From the NCBI GenBank assembly GCA_003427395.1, contig BFEA01000032.1:5027040-5091039 (forward strand): a stretch of DNA of 64,000 bases, written 5' to 3'. Of this stretch, positions 1 through 12,147 are shown one piece after another. The number at the start of each line of letters is the position of its first letter. Position 1 is the stretch's first letter. Position numbers and translations under genes: made by a program. Source of the DNA: Chara braunii. Lineage: Eukaryota; Plantae; Charophyceae. Below the pieces are notes generated by a model. It was not told the DNA's origin. It made no database searches and worked only from the letters and a program-made list of their open reading frames with translations.

Positions 1-50
<50 letters not shown>
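1..50. repeat. (AG)n microsatellite
   Basis: Pure AG dinucleotide run. Confidence 0.98.
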
Positions 51-53
<3 letters not shown>

Positions 54-299
54 CACCTGCTGGCAAGCTGGCGGCGTCGTCGACTGGGGGCGGCTGGCTG
101 CGACTCCTAGCGACGGCTGCTCGACGATGGCTTCAGCAACGGCGCTGGCTTCGGCAGATGCAGCGAGGAGTCGAGGACACACACGAGGGAACTGGCAGCA
201 ACGACGGGCGGGGGATTCGAAATCAGCAACTTCGAAATTACCCCGCCAACAACCCAATACCCCGCCTCAAACACCCAACACCCATCCTGACTCACCTAT

Positions 300-526
300 G
301 TCCGGTAGAGGGACCCGTGTCCGGTAGGCCGAAACGTGCCTGAAAAATCAGGCCCGTATTTTTCAGGGGGCGCCCAGGACCCGGTAAGTGTCCTGGGCTG
401 CCCATTTTTTTTTCAAACTTTTGCCTGGGCCCTTCTCTCCGGACGTTCGGTACCGGACACCGGACCCGGACATTTGGCTCCGGACTGTCTGGAACCGGGT
501 CCGGACGTCCGGTCGGTTACCATGCT
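300..526. mobile_element. CCGG/GGAC-rich putative DNA-transposon subterminal region that truncates the integrase
   Basis: Dense CCGGAC/GTCCGG motifs end abruptly at ...GGTTACCATG, directly before integrase coding sequence. No partner end or TSD seen. Confidence 0.35.
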
Positions 527-841
527 CCATACATATCCAGTTTTCCATGCATCAAAGTTGTTACCTTACACGACGAGTCAGCAATTTCCGTCGAGGAGAT
601 GAATGATCCCTCCAGATATGGACAAAGGTACGACATTGATCGCATAGTAGATGTAGATGTGTTCAAAACAGGAGGTAGAGGTCGTCCACAAAAACAGTAC
701 AAAGTCAGATTTGCTTACCAAGAACCGGAGGACAATTGCTTGTTTACACGGACAGAACTTCTAAAGACTGCTCCCGACATAGTCCGTGCCTACGAGAGAG
801 TGAAGAAAGGTAAAGAATCTAAAGATCCTATTGTAGATTGA
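527..841 (+). pseudogene. pol: Ty3/gypsy integrase C-terminus with chromodomain (stop codon and frameshift)
   Basis: YPVFHASKLLPY (integrase C-terminal HPVFHxSxL motif), then FPSRR*, then YDIDRIVD...YKVRFAY...TELLKTAPDIVRAYE chromodomain. Followed by PPT and LTR. Confidence 0.88.
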
Positions 842-866
842 GTTATTCTCGGAGGACCTCGAATTT

Positions 867-879
867 AGGCCGGCGGGAG
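867..879 (+). other. Degenerate polypurine tract of the Ty3 element
   Basis: AGGCCGGCGGGAG directly before the TG start of the LTR. Confidence 0.55.
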
Positions 880-1802
880 TGAAATGGTTTCACCCGTCTT
901 GCGACAGTTGCAGCAGCCAGGGCTTGATCCCTAGACCCCTCCTACCCGTGTACAGTATCTGCTACCTTGTGTGTATTTCGAACCCGCGACCTGTCCCCAA
1001 AGTCGTCTGTTTGGGACCGTAAACATATGTGGGTTGCATGGGTTCGAACTGCTTACCTGCATTGTAGTAGTCATAGACTGGGTTCGCTCGTGGCTGCTAC
1101 GGTACTGAAGGGTCAACGTAGGTCGTAGGTGCTACAGTACCGAAAGGTCACTTAGGCTAGGTTAGCAGCTTCTAGACAGGTCTTACTGCCTCTTCGTAGG
1201 TACTAGGAGTCAGTCCGTAGGCAAGTGGGCAAGTGGTCAGTCCAACGTAAGTCCAGTCGGCGGTACCCAGTCGCAGTCACACTTTGTCAAGTCAGCAAGT
1301 ACCACGTGGGACTCTGTGCACCCCGGGCCCGACATTGGAGTGCAGACCAACGAAGACCCGAAGTATAAATAAAGAAGCAGCGTTCAGTCATTCATTCATT
1401 GCGGAAGCACTGTCAGAGTGTCTTGTGTACGAAGGTCTGCAGGTGCCCGAGGAAGAAGAGGGCTAAGAGGAGGAAGATCGGCCATAGCCAATAGTTTGTT
1501 AGTAGGAAGAGAGAGACGGCGGTCATAGCCGCCACGCCAGCAGTTAGTAGTGTTAGTGTGTGTGTAGAGAGGGAGAGTGTGTGTGTGTGTGTGTGTGTGT
1601 GGAACATCCAGGGACAGAGTTGCGTGTGTACAAACAAGTTGCTGAGTTACAGCGATCGGCCATAGCCGATCGGGTCAAGTTCGAATCTGAACTGTGTTCT
1701 CGGCTTCATTATCTCTGAGCTTTGTGTGGGCGCTGGTGCGCCAGTGTGATGGACATCTGTTTGTGCGCATGCTGAATGTCGAGGAAGACAAGTCTGATTG
1801 CA
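880..1802 (+). mobile_element. 3' LTR, family A
   Basis: TGAAATGGTTTCACCC...AGTCTGATTGCA. Core TATAAATAAAGAAGCAG...CATTCATTCATT is shared with 37783-40465 (+) and 54235-55162 (-). Confidence 0.85.
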
Positions 1803-3258
1803 TCCATGATCTGGTGCTAGAACAGAACGCACGGGTGCATGGGCTAAGGACAGAAGGAATTTTGATCAACGAAGAACCGGATGGGTGGTAATTCTGTTTT
1901 TTATGGGAACTCGAGTTGTGATTTATAAGAGCCTGTTTGTCCCCCACCCCTTGGATAATTCGTAGCTCTCTGCTTTATCTTCATGTTGCTATTATTGACG
2001 AGCAACTGACCGCCTACCTTCATGATCCGGTGGCCTTTTTTCAGATGCACAGGCTCATGGAGCTGGAAGCAGTTGGCTCACTCAATAGAGATAGGAATGA
2101 CATGTGCAGAGTAATTTTTCAAAAAAGGGAGAATTGTTCAAGGGTCCCTCGTCTGCTTTCTGATTAAAAAAAACGTTACACGCCACGAATGTTCCCTTCG
2201 CACTAATTCCCTCTATCGAGACCCCCTCCCTCCTTTTTTTATTTTCCCTTTCTTTTTTTCTCCCCCCTTCCCCCCTTTTTTTCGCCCCTTCTCGAATGTG
2301 CCGATTGAGGTCCTGTCGTGAACGACGTACCGTGGACCCTTACCGTACCGATCGTTACAATAATACGAGCCACGACCCCCCCTCAGTTGCTTGAGAAGGC
2401 TGTAATGACCCATCAAAACACAGACTGAGAACACTTCTGGTTTCTGAGTTCTGCCGCTGGAATGGATGCCTTGCTGAGATTCCCGCTTTCTGCTGAGTTT
2501 TCCAAGTCTGTCTGTGTGTGCGTGCTTGATGTTCTGTGTGCTTGTCTGAGTGCTGATCGGCCTGAGTGTGTGTGTGACCCGCAGGGGTACTTGTTTGCTT
2601 GAAGGCCCGTAGGGCCGGTACTTACCTGTGGCAGTGACATTGAGGGTTGCAGCGGGGGAAAACACGCGGGGCACGAGGCCCGCGACACTTAGGACAGCGA
2701 AAACACTCAAGTAGCACGTACGCCGGTACCGTAGCAAGTAGAAGTAGATGTGGCGGGTACTCGAGGCCGAGCAGAAGAAGACAAAGTTGGCATTTTTAGA
2801 GGCCCAGTAGTTGAAGGCTAGGTCCAGGCGGGTACCAGTCCAACCAGTCTGACTCTAGGGCCTGCACGGGGAATATCAGAGTCTGCAATGATGTTTCCCT
2901 CCGAAAGGGAGGAGGTACCGGTTGCTTGGGAGGCCAAGCGGCCTGGAAGTCACCGCCCAAGAGGCAAGTAGGCCACTATATCTTCAGGCTGAGCCAGGAG
3001 CTCAGCCTCATTCTTCAGTGTGCAAGTTTGGCGAAACACTGTTTGGAGCGTTGGCTGGAGGAGGGCTGGGCACTTCAGCACTGCTGGGAGGAGGGAAAAG
3101 AGGACTGAAGGGGAGAGTGGCGAGGTACCTACCTGGCTATAGTGGACACCATCTTCATCACCTTGATAGGCGCTGCATCTGGAAGGCCCCAGTTGGGGTA
3201 GTGCCGCACCAAGGAAGCTCGAGGCAGAGTCAGGCATGGCGGCTTGATGAGCAGCGAC

Positions 3259-3627
3259 ATAGCTGCTTTGTGTTGTCCGTTGGACAGGAGGGCAGCGACA
3301 TAGCTGCTCTGTGTTGTCCTTTGGACAGGAGGGCAGCGAAATAGCTGCTTTGTGTTGTCCTTTGGACAGGAGGGCAGAGCCCTTAGTAGTCCACCATAGC
3401 CTTGGACTACATGAAGAGGAAGAGGAAGGATGGTCATGGCTATGGTGGACCTCATGTTGTGCCTGCAGTAGAAGAGGGATTCGGACGTAGCTGCTTTGTG
3501 TTGTCCTTTGGACAGGAGGGCAGATCCCTTAGTAGTCCGCCATAGCCTTGGCCTGCATGAAGAGGAAGAGGAAGGATGGTCATGGTTATGGTGGACCTCA
3601 TGTTGTGCCTGCAGTAGAAGAGGGATT
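3259..3627. repeat. Tandem duplications (about 41-bp unit x4; about 140-bp block x2)
   Basis: TAGCTGCTTTGTGTTGTCCTTTGGACAGGAGGGCAG at about 3260, 3301, 3342 and 3488. Block 3341-3481 is repeated at 3488-3627. Confidence 0.9.
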
Positions 3628-3699
3628 CAGACATTGATTCTGGTTCAGCCATTTGCAAGGAATGAGCCCTCGCGGGTCCCTTATCAGACATGCACATGT

Positions 3700-4790
3700 T
3701 CTGGGCAGAGGCCCTCAGCAAGCCCTGTGCCCGCCCTAAGTGAAGGTGGGCCTGAATATCCACACGAGGTCAAAATTTGACATTTTCCATATGGGGGTAC
3801 TCAGGCAGTTGCAGCACGCCAGTTGGTTACAAGGAAACGTGAGCATCCCTGCTCTTTCCAGAAAACATGTGCTGCGCCGTACAGTTGGGCTCAGGTCCGG
3901 GTAGTTGCGCCTGGGCACACACATTTCGAGGCAGATACATCACGAAGTGGCTACGGGCCTACAAGAAAGCAGCATTGTCGACGTACCTACCCCAGGTCCT
4001 GTGCAAATGCAGCAAACGGCCAAAGTCTGGAAATCCAGGGCGTGTTCAACAGAAAAGGGCCCAGGCCCTCAACTGGAGAGATGGGCCTGGGCACAGGCAC
4101 TTGGGCCTGACCGGAAGCTACCGGAAGCCTCCCCGCCAGGCCCACAGGCACCCAAACAGAGGCTGCCACTTCCATATAGGAAGAAGGGCAGCCAGGGTCG
4201 GGCATTCTGGTCCACGCAGGCAATGCGGTCACGGTGCTGCGTTGCTACACGAGTGGCTGCTTGCTGCGTTAGCAGCCAGGGCGCATGCGGGCGCTTGGGA
4301 GGTGAGAGGGGCCCTGCTGGGCAGCGGTGCGGGAGCGGCCATAGCCGGGCCGCAGGGCGCAAGGGGGTAAGGGGCGATCGGTGGTCTTCAGGAAGGAGGC
4401 GAGTGTGGGTGGTCAGGGGGTGATGAGGGGAGATGAGATACATACCTGGTGCATGAGGGAGGTCGGCATTGGTGTTGACGTCATGTACATTGGTCTTCAA
4501 AGTCGAAGTGAGCCCGTTGCGTGAATGCGGCTGTAGTAGGATAGGCTAGGTAGAGTAGGAAGGGCACTAGGCGCCATACAATAGGAGCGACATTGGATAC
4601 TGTGTTGGTGTGGCCTGAGGGCTTGAACATTGGCTCATGAGTTCATTGTATCCCTCTTATGTGGATGGAATCTTCGATCATTTATGCTCTCTGCTTGGTA
4701 CATGACTACTTGGACATCTGTGTGATTTCGCACCTTGGTTTTCCGTATATCGTTCTCACTCATATTCCTTGCACTTCTTCTTTGAATAAG
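3700..4790 (-). pseudogene. Decayed coding repeat of unknown family, copy 1
   Basis: Reverse complement aligns by eye with 48270-49270 and in part with 9230-9450. Putative splice donor CCAG|GTATGT at 4446. Confidence 0.55.
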
Positions 4791-5559
4791 AGGGGAGGAG
4801 ATAAGGAGGAGAGTCATTGGCGAAGAAGAAGAGCATTATCATTGGTCTATGCTGGTGTACATCATCTTCTTCTTCTTTCTTTCTCCTTCTTCATCTTTCC
4901 CTCTCTCTCCTCTCAAGTTCATTCATTTCTTTTTGCAATTGGATGGCATTGTACTTTCTGACCAATGTGTACTTCGAAATTGGCCAGGATAGTAACAAGG
5001 CCGAAATATTGATTAGAGCCATTAGACCTGTTTAAGACTTCTATGGATAAAAAGCCTCCCAGGAGGAACTATGTCTTGACCGCACTTGGAACTACTGTCT
5101 TTTTCGAAGAAAAACGCAGAAACAACCTTACCTCAGTAGGCACCGCACCTACCACGACAGATAAGCATACCATACCTGCGCAGCTACAAGGTGTTAAGAT
5201 GTGCCGATGACGTGTCATCGGAGAAGATAAATGGCAGTGGAATTTCATGTCATTTCCTCGCATACATATCATAAAAACACACACACACACACACACACAC
5301 AAAATTATGTATAACTCCTTACTTTCTTCTTGAAAGTCGTTTCTTTGTGTTGCTGTCCACTTGCTGTGTGGTTTGGGCTTTTTCTGGTATTTTTCTAAGT
5401 ACCTAGGTCCAGTACCTTTAAGACATACCATGTGTATGCGTGTTTCCAGGATAATGAGAAACATTCATCAGATTGACTCCCTGGCTCTGATGGTGGCTGG
5501 AACCAAACGTCTTTAAACTCATGGTGTGGGTGATGATCTGGTTGGTCCAAGCTGCATGA

Positions 5560-6120
5560 ATGGACAGCCTCGCTTGTCGATGCTGGCCAGCTACTTGCCT
5601 AGTTTAGCCTTGCTGCCCTTTTGCCTTGCTCTCATCATGCTGTTGCCTCGTTGCCATAATGCCTTGCTGCCTCACTTCCTTCCTGCCTTGCTGCTTTGTT
5701 GCTCACTGCTCACCTTGTTGTTTCACTCACTCGTGCCTTGCTGCCTGGTTGCTCTGGTGCTCATAGTTCCACCTTGCCGCTTGCCTTGTTGATGCTGCAT
5801 GTTGCCTCGCTTCCTTGCTGCTTGCCTTGCCTTGGTGATGCATCATGTTGCCTTACTCCCTCGCCGCCTGGTGCCTGCTGCTTGCCTTGTCGGCTGTCTT
5901 GCTGCCTTGTTGCCTGCTGCTCGTAGGGCCACTTCACTGCTTGCCTTATTGTTTGGCTGCCTTGTTTATGCTGCCACGCTACCTTGCTGCCAAGTTGCTG
6001 GTACTTGCCTTGTTCCTTGGTTTCCCACCCACCCCTGCAGTGCCCTCCAGCTTATGTGTGTTGGTGTTGCCTATCATCCAGTGCCTTGTTACCTCAACCT
6101 TGTCTTGCTGCTTGCGATGT
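5560..6120. repeat. Low-complexity TTGCC/CTGCC degenerate repeat
   Basis: Dense GCCTTG/TGCTG motifs; the ORFs here are Leu/Cys/Pro low complexity. Confidence 0.75.
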
Positions 6121-7200
6121 CCCCATTGCTCATCCACTTACAACAGGGGTTAAGGGGAGGGATCATTGCTCAAAACATCAATAGGGTTCATCCTCCTGAT
6201 AAGTCGGTGCGAGTATGATGAAACAGTCCATCATTTCTCTTGTTCTTTTATTCTGTCTCGTGTCCTAAGTGTTGTCTGTTTCCGTTCTCTATCAACAGAT
6301 TCGGAACAGTTTTGGGCATTTTCATTTTTTGGGTGAATGCAGAGAGAAAGAACAGTAAAGGGAATCTAAGGATGTCATTGTGAAGTGAAAAAAAGAGTAC
6401 CAAAGATCCCTTATGTTTACTCTAAATCTGAGGACTTTTTCTTTCTCTGCAGCAGCAATGAATATCATCATCATGCATGCTACATCCAGTTCGATGCTTA
6501 CAAACTTACCAGAGGGAAAACCTCGTCTACAGGTGTTCGAGGTTTGATCGCTACACCAACTCTCATCCCCACATCCTTTATCTTTTTGACCAGCTGCTGC
6601 CACTTACCTGCATTGGTAGGAGGGGGGGGAATTGAAATCAATGTAAAGTTGTAAACAGGCTTGCCAGTGATAAGCAACTTGAGTGACGCACCCTAGAATG
6701 GATAGGGCATGTGTGGTGTGGTGTGGTGTGGTGTGGTGTGTTGGAAAAAAAAGAAAAAGAAATCAATGTAAACAGCTTGTTCCATGAATGCTGCACGGCT
6801 CACAATCTGTTTGGGGCCGAAAAACAAAGCAGTGAAATGATTGATACAAAGACCATCAAATGTATGAGAGGATGTTCTGAAACCTTCTGTCCCTGCTACA
6901 CTTTTTTTCTTTTTTGCAGGTCAGGGTATGGACCAGTGGGGTGCATGCACCGTCGGGCACTCTATGACCAGGAAACATTTCAGCACCCAGGAGGATGCCA
7001 TTTCACCTATGGTACCTGACAACAGCTGGCAAAATGGTACACACCTATGGCAATTACGCCAGCAACACACTGGTCCTTGAGAAGTGGGAATGATAATACC
7101 TGCCTTGTGGCAGACCAAATGGTACAGAGCAACTAGTGCACACCTGTGGCGATTATGCCACCCGCACACGGGTCCTTAAGAAATTGGATACACAATATGC

Positions 7201-7257
7201 GCCCTGTGGCAGATCAAATGGTACATGGTGACTGTACCATTTGATCTGCCACAGGGC
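7201..7257. repeat. Perfect 25-bp inverted repeat with 7-nt loop
   Basis: GCCCTGTGGCAGATCAAATGGTACA-TGGTGAC-TGTACCATTTGATCTGCCACAGGGC. Confidence 0.95.
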
Positions 7258-7959
7258 CCAGATCAAATGGAGTAAGTAATGCACTAATCCTTGAAAACAC
7301 AGTACCTGTCCTGTGACAGAATGGTACACATCTTTGGCAACTACGCCAGTAATGTACTGCAAACTTTGAAATTGAAAACATAATATTTGGAAGAATGATA
7401 CACACCTGAAAGGTCTGCAACTATTGAACTTTGACATCCTGCCTTTTATAAGATATAGACATCAGGATTCAGGAGCCAAGTCCCTTCTTTTCAGAAAGCA
7501 AAAAGCAATGCCTGTTGCAAGGAATATGAGCAATACCGAAATAACCAGGGCTGCACCGGCCACCGGCCGGTTGGACCGGACCGGACCCAACTGGGCCGGT
7601 TGGAACCCCCGGTGGTCCAACCGGAAATCCGGTTGGGCCCAAAACCAGGTCAATTTTTTTACTTTTATTTTTTTGATGATGGGGTTGGACTGCGCTTGTC
7701 GAGATCTCCCCGAATCCGCAGAAAAAATAGTGATCTGAAAAAATAAAATTCCTGGGGGTGGGGGGAGGGGGGGGGTGGAAATTCATGGGTTGAGGGTGGG
7801 CTGCATTTCAGGGGTGGGGGGTGAGTGGCGAGGGGGAGGGGGTGTCGTGGGGGTGTTAGTGGGGTGGTTGCAGCGTGCCTGACTTCCTGCCAACACTGAC
7901 CAATGCATACCTGCGCCGGCACAAAACATGAAGGAAGCCATACCACACAAGGCTACATA

Positions 7960-8024
7960 AGAAGGAGAAGAAGAAGACGAGAACAAAGGAGGAGGAGGAG
8001 GAGGAGGAGGAGGAGGGGAAGAAG

Positions 8025-8056
<32 letters not shown>

Positions 8057-8162
8057 GAAGTGGAGAAGAAGTGGTAGAAGAAGAAGACATCGAAAAAGAA
8101 GTTATGCAGCACCGAACTTGCTCTGGGAGTTTGGGATCATCATTCCTGTTCACAAAATGAAG

Positions 8163-8213
<51 letters not shown>

Positions 8214-8360
8214 NNNNNNNNNNNNNNNNNNNNNNNNNNNNNNNNNACACACACACACAAACACACACACACACACACACACAAACACAAACACAAACAC
8301 ACACACACACAAACACACACACAAACACACACACAAACACACACTCACACACGCACACAC
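7960..8360. repeat. Microsatellite cluster (GGA, GAA, CT, CA) around a gap
   Basis: Direct reading of the sequence. Confidence 0.95.
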
Positions 8361-8499
8361 ATAATTTGGGACTTGTGTCCCTTGATCCCTTAATCGGACT
8401 GGCATGGACTGATCCCGCCATCAAGTGATTGCGGCACAAGCGGTTAACGACCTGCTGAAATTTCAGAATGAAAGATTCTGAAGTTTGTTACCAGAGGTA

Positions 8500-9165
8500 T
8501 GAAATCGCTGAAGACGCTTCGGGTCATTTCAGGAGTTCCAGGTGGTTTGAAGGTCAGATTTTATGTTTTTTTTTTTTTTTTTTCTACCTGTTTTTGTTTT
8601 GGTTCAACATTGTTGTCTGCCACTTCAGGTTATTTCAGGAGTTTCGGGTGGGGAAACCTAAAACCTCTGAAATGATCTGAAGTGGCTGAAGTTTCTGAAA
8701 GCGGTTTCAGATCCCCCCATACAAATTTTTGGATTGGGGCATCTGAAACCGCTTTCAAATGTTCAGCCACTTCGAGCCATTTCAAGAATTTCGTGTGGGG
8801 AGGCCTGAAACCTCTGAAATGACCTGAAGTGGCTGAAGCTTCTGAAAACGGTTTCAGGTCCCTCCATCCAAATGCTTTGGTAGGGGGACCTGAAACCGCT
8901 TTCAGAATCTTCAGCCATTACATGTTATTTCAGGAGTTTCGGGTGGGGAGACTTGAAACCTCTGAAATGACCTGAAGTGGTTGAACTTTCTGAAAGCGGT
9001 TCCAGGTCCCCCCGTCCAAATGCTTGGATGGGGGAACCCGAAACCGCTTTCAGAAGTTTCAGCCACTTCAGGTCATCTCAGAGGTTTCAGGTGGGGACCT
9101 GAAACCTCTTAAATGACCTGAAGTGGCTGAAGCTTTTGAGGGCGGTTTCAGTTCCCCCCATCCAA
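8500..9165. repeat. About 147-bp tandem repeat with internally palindromic monomers
   Basis: AAACCTCT(G/T)AAATGA(C/T)CTGAAGTGG at 8661, 8808, 8956 and 9102. Its reverse complement (CCACTTCAGGTCAT...) lies between the copies. Confidence 0.9.
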
Positions 9166-9229
9166 GTACCCAACACTCGTATGAAGCAGTTGAAAATGAC
9201 CAAAAAATATACGCATTTGTTAACCTTCT

Positions 9230-9452
9230 CTCAACCACCCAGGCTCAAACATGCGGTGTTCCCTGCTTTCACCACGTTGCTAGAAGAGCCTAGAAGGCTC
9301 ACAAATATTTCAGATTCTCACGAGCAAGGTGGAGGTAACCAACTGACGCGTGGCAATTGTCTGCCGCCCACCAAGATTTGCAAAATTTGAGGAATTCAGG
9401 GCTCATTGGGATTCAGGGTCCCACCTTCACTTAGGCCCCTTAGGGTGGGCAC
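9230..9452 (+). repeat. Partial copy of the unknown repeat family (copy 2)
   Basis: CAACCACCCAGG...GAAGAGCCTAGAAGGCTCA...GTAACCAACTG...CCTTCACTTAGG matches 49052-49260. Confidence 0.75.
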
Positions 9453-9764
9453 GCGTCCGTTGTTGGGGCCTCATGCAAGTATGCCGAGGGGTAAAATCCT
9501 CGCACTGTCCTTTTGGACCTCCGTTAAAATTGGAACGAACAGAGAAGATTAGCGTGGCCCGTGCGAAAGGATGACGCACAAATTCAGAAATGGTCCAAAC
9601 TAGTAAAAACAAACAAACAAACAAACAAGAAAACAATGTCTGGGAGCCATACCTCTGGCAACCTCCAAATGGAACGTAAATTGCGATGCACCCGCTTCAG
9701 CCATTACAGTAACATAATCTTCGGGGTTTCTAACCATCAAATGGCAGTCCAAGAAAGCACTGGG

Positions 9765-9960
9765 CAGAACAGAACCAAACAGAACCGATCAGAACCGAAC
9801 AGAATCAAATAGGACCCAAACAGAAACCAAAAAGAATGAAACAAGAACCAAACATGAACCAAACAGGAACCGAACAGCAACTGAACAAGAACTGAATAGG
9901 AACCGAACAGAAACTGAATAGGAACTGAATAGGAATCGAACAGAACCAAACATACCAAAA
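9765..9960. repeat. Degenerate GAACC/AACAG short repeat array
   Basis: Repeated AACAGAACC and GAACCGAA motifs. Confidence 0.8.
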
Positions 9961-10379
9961 TGGTTTCTCACATATCAACGAGATTAGGAACACCATGTTG
10001 TCAAGGAAAAAAAAAAAGGGATGCCATGTTGTTGATGAGCATAGTAATACCTCAGTTTAGTGCTTTGCCTCTGTTATGTGCAAATCGGTTATAGTGGCAT
10101 CTTTCTTTTTCCTTTTTTGTTTTGTTTTGGATTATGGTGGTCTCAACAATCAGGGATAACAAAACCAAGACCAGGGGAAAACATTCATTCCTAGGCTTGA
10201 TGAGGGCATGTGCAAAGAATCACAATCAACTCTGAGATCATGTCTTTCCATTTCTCAATGTGCCTTCATTGCATCATGTGTGTCCACATTTCTTCTTTCG
10301 AACTTTCAATTGCTTTTCAAATGTACTCATAGAAAGCATTTGATGCAACCATCTGCGATTGTGAGTGGTCAGTGCAAAC

Positions 10380-12147
10380 CAGAAACAAAGCTAAATTCGG
10401 AAGGGGTAAATGAAACAAGGACTGTCCTCCAATCCCAAGCATATGCTGACAGCAGCAACTTCTTTCTTCCAGGAACTCTATACATCTAAAAAACAGAACT
10501 TCTCAAGACAGGAAACCTCACAAGCCATAGCTAAGTTCCTCACGCATCTGGATAGAACAATCACAATAGAACAAGCCTCAACCTTAGATACTCCAATTTC
10601 AAAGCAAGAAGTCCTCGATGCACTCCAATCAATGAAACCCTGTAAAACCCCTGGCCTAGACGGCCTCTCCAAAGAGTTCTAGGTAACCTTCTGGCCAGCA
10701 TTAGGTGCAAAATATTTCCAATTCCTAGAGAAAGCATGGAGTAGGGGTACCTTGGGAAGCAAACAAAGTATAGGAATAGTTTCTCTCCTATACAAGAAGG
10801 GTGATCCAACGGACATTAGAAACTGTAGACCAATCTCATTGCTAACAATCACATAGAAGATATTAGCTACGCTCTTAGGCAATAGGATAAAAACAATAAC
10901 TAAGAATTGCTTTCATCTAGACCAAGCTGGATTTATCCCAGGTAGATTCATTCTAGACAATGCAATGACACTCAAAGAATTTTTTAGACATATCCAAGAT
11001 AAAATAACGAACGCAGCTATCCTGTTCTTTGACTTTGAAAAAGCCTATGACCAAGTGAACTGGAATTTCCTACAACAAAGCATGGAAAAAATGGGAGCAG
11101 GGCCAAACTCAAGAAAATGGGTACAAATCCTGTACTTGGAAGCCGACGGAAGAGTTCAGGTCAATGGTCACCTTTCACAACCATATCGCATGTCTCGTTC
11201 AATAAGACAGGGAGATCCATTAGCGGCCCCAATCTTCATTATGGAAGCCATAGCCTCGTTTATAAGAAAGGTTCCCTCGATTGAGAGACTTGTGGAAGAC
11301 AGACAACACTCGATTAGTCTACCCACCACCATCCTATTTGCAGACGATCTGACGGTTCTTATAAGGGCATCAGACTCCTCTTTTCAGGCTCTCACAAGAG
11401 TCATGCAAACATTCCAAATTGCATCAGAAATGAAGATCATCTTGCCAAAAACAATAGGTTAGTGGCGCACAGACCCACAAATCGAGACCCCACATGATAC
11501 TCCAGAGGGAATGACATGGTCGCACGGCAATGAACCACTAAGACAAGTGTCTAAACGAGGTAGTAACCGGTCAATGGCCCCGACAATAATGGACAAAATG
11601 ATAACTAAAATGGGAAATTGGTCAAGGATCCATACATCAATGTTTGGCAGGGCCCTTATCCTGAATGCTTCTATGTTCTCAATGATGTGGTATGCAGCAA
11701 CTATTTTGAGCCCGCCAAAACACCTAAGAACTCAACTAAGAAGAAGAGTTGCAGCCTACCTTTGGACGGGGGACCCATCCATAGTGAACTTCACCTCCAA
11801 AGAGCATGGAAGTATGTAACACAAAGGAAGACAAATGGAGGCTTAGGAATACTCGATCCAGAAATGCAAACAAAGGCCCTACAATCCAAGTGGATCCTAA
11901 GGCTATGAACTAACAACAATCTAGCATGGATAGACCTAAGGCTAAGAAGGGTACAACAACCGGAAAATATAGAACCCCGAAAAACATGCGAGGCCTTTTC
12001 TGGATCATAACAAAATCATGGGCAATGAAGGGCAAAACTCGAGCAATGCATCTGGAAGAGGGCGAGGAGGGGTTGGAGCACAACTTCTGGACACAATTAA
12101 TGAAAACTTGGAGAAAGAGTTTTCCGGTGTCAGTCGGCTCAAGCCTA
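10380..12147 (+). pseudogene. LINE (L1/Tx1-like) ORF2 reverse transcriptase, decayed and truncated at both ends
   Basis: Motifs KTPGLDGL, DQAGFIPGRFILDN, FFDFEKAYDQVNW, IRQGDPLA, LFADD, GGLGILDP...KWILRL, with stops and frameshifts. Confidence 0.93.

Noticed and set aside
7546-7877. hAT-like MITE (CAGGGCTGCA...TGCAGCGTG)
   Set aside because: The TIR is imperfect and there is no 8-bp TSD.
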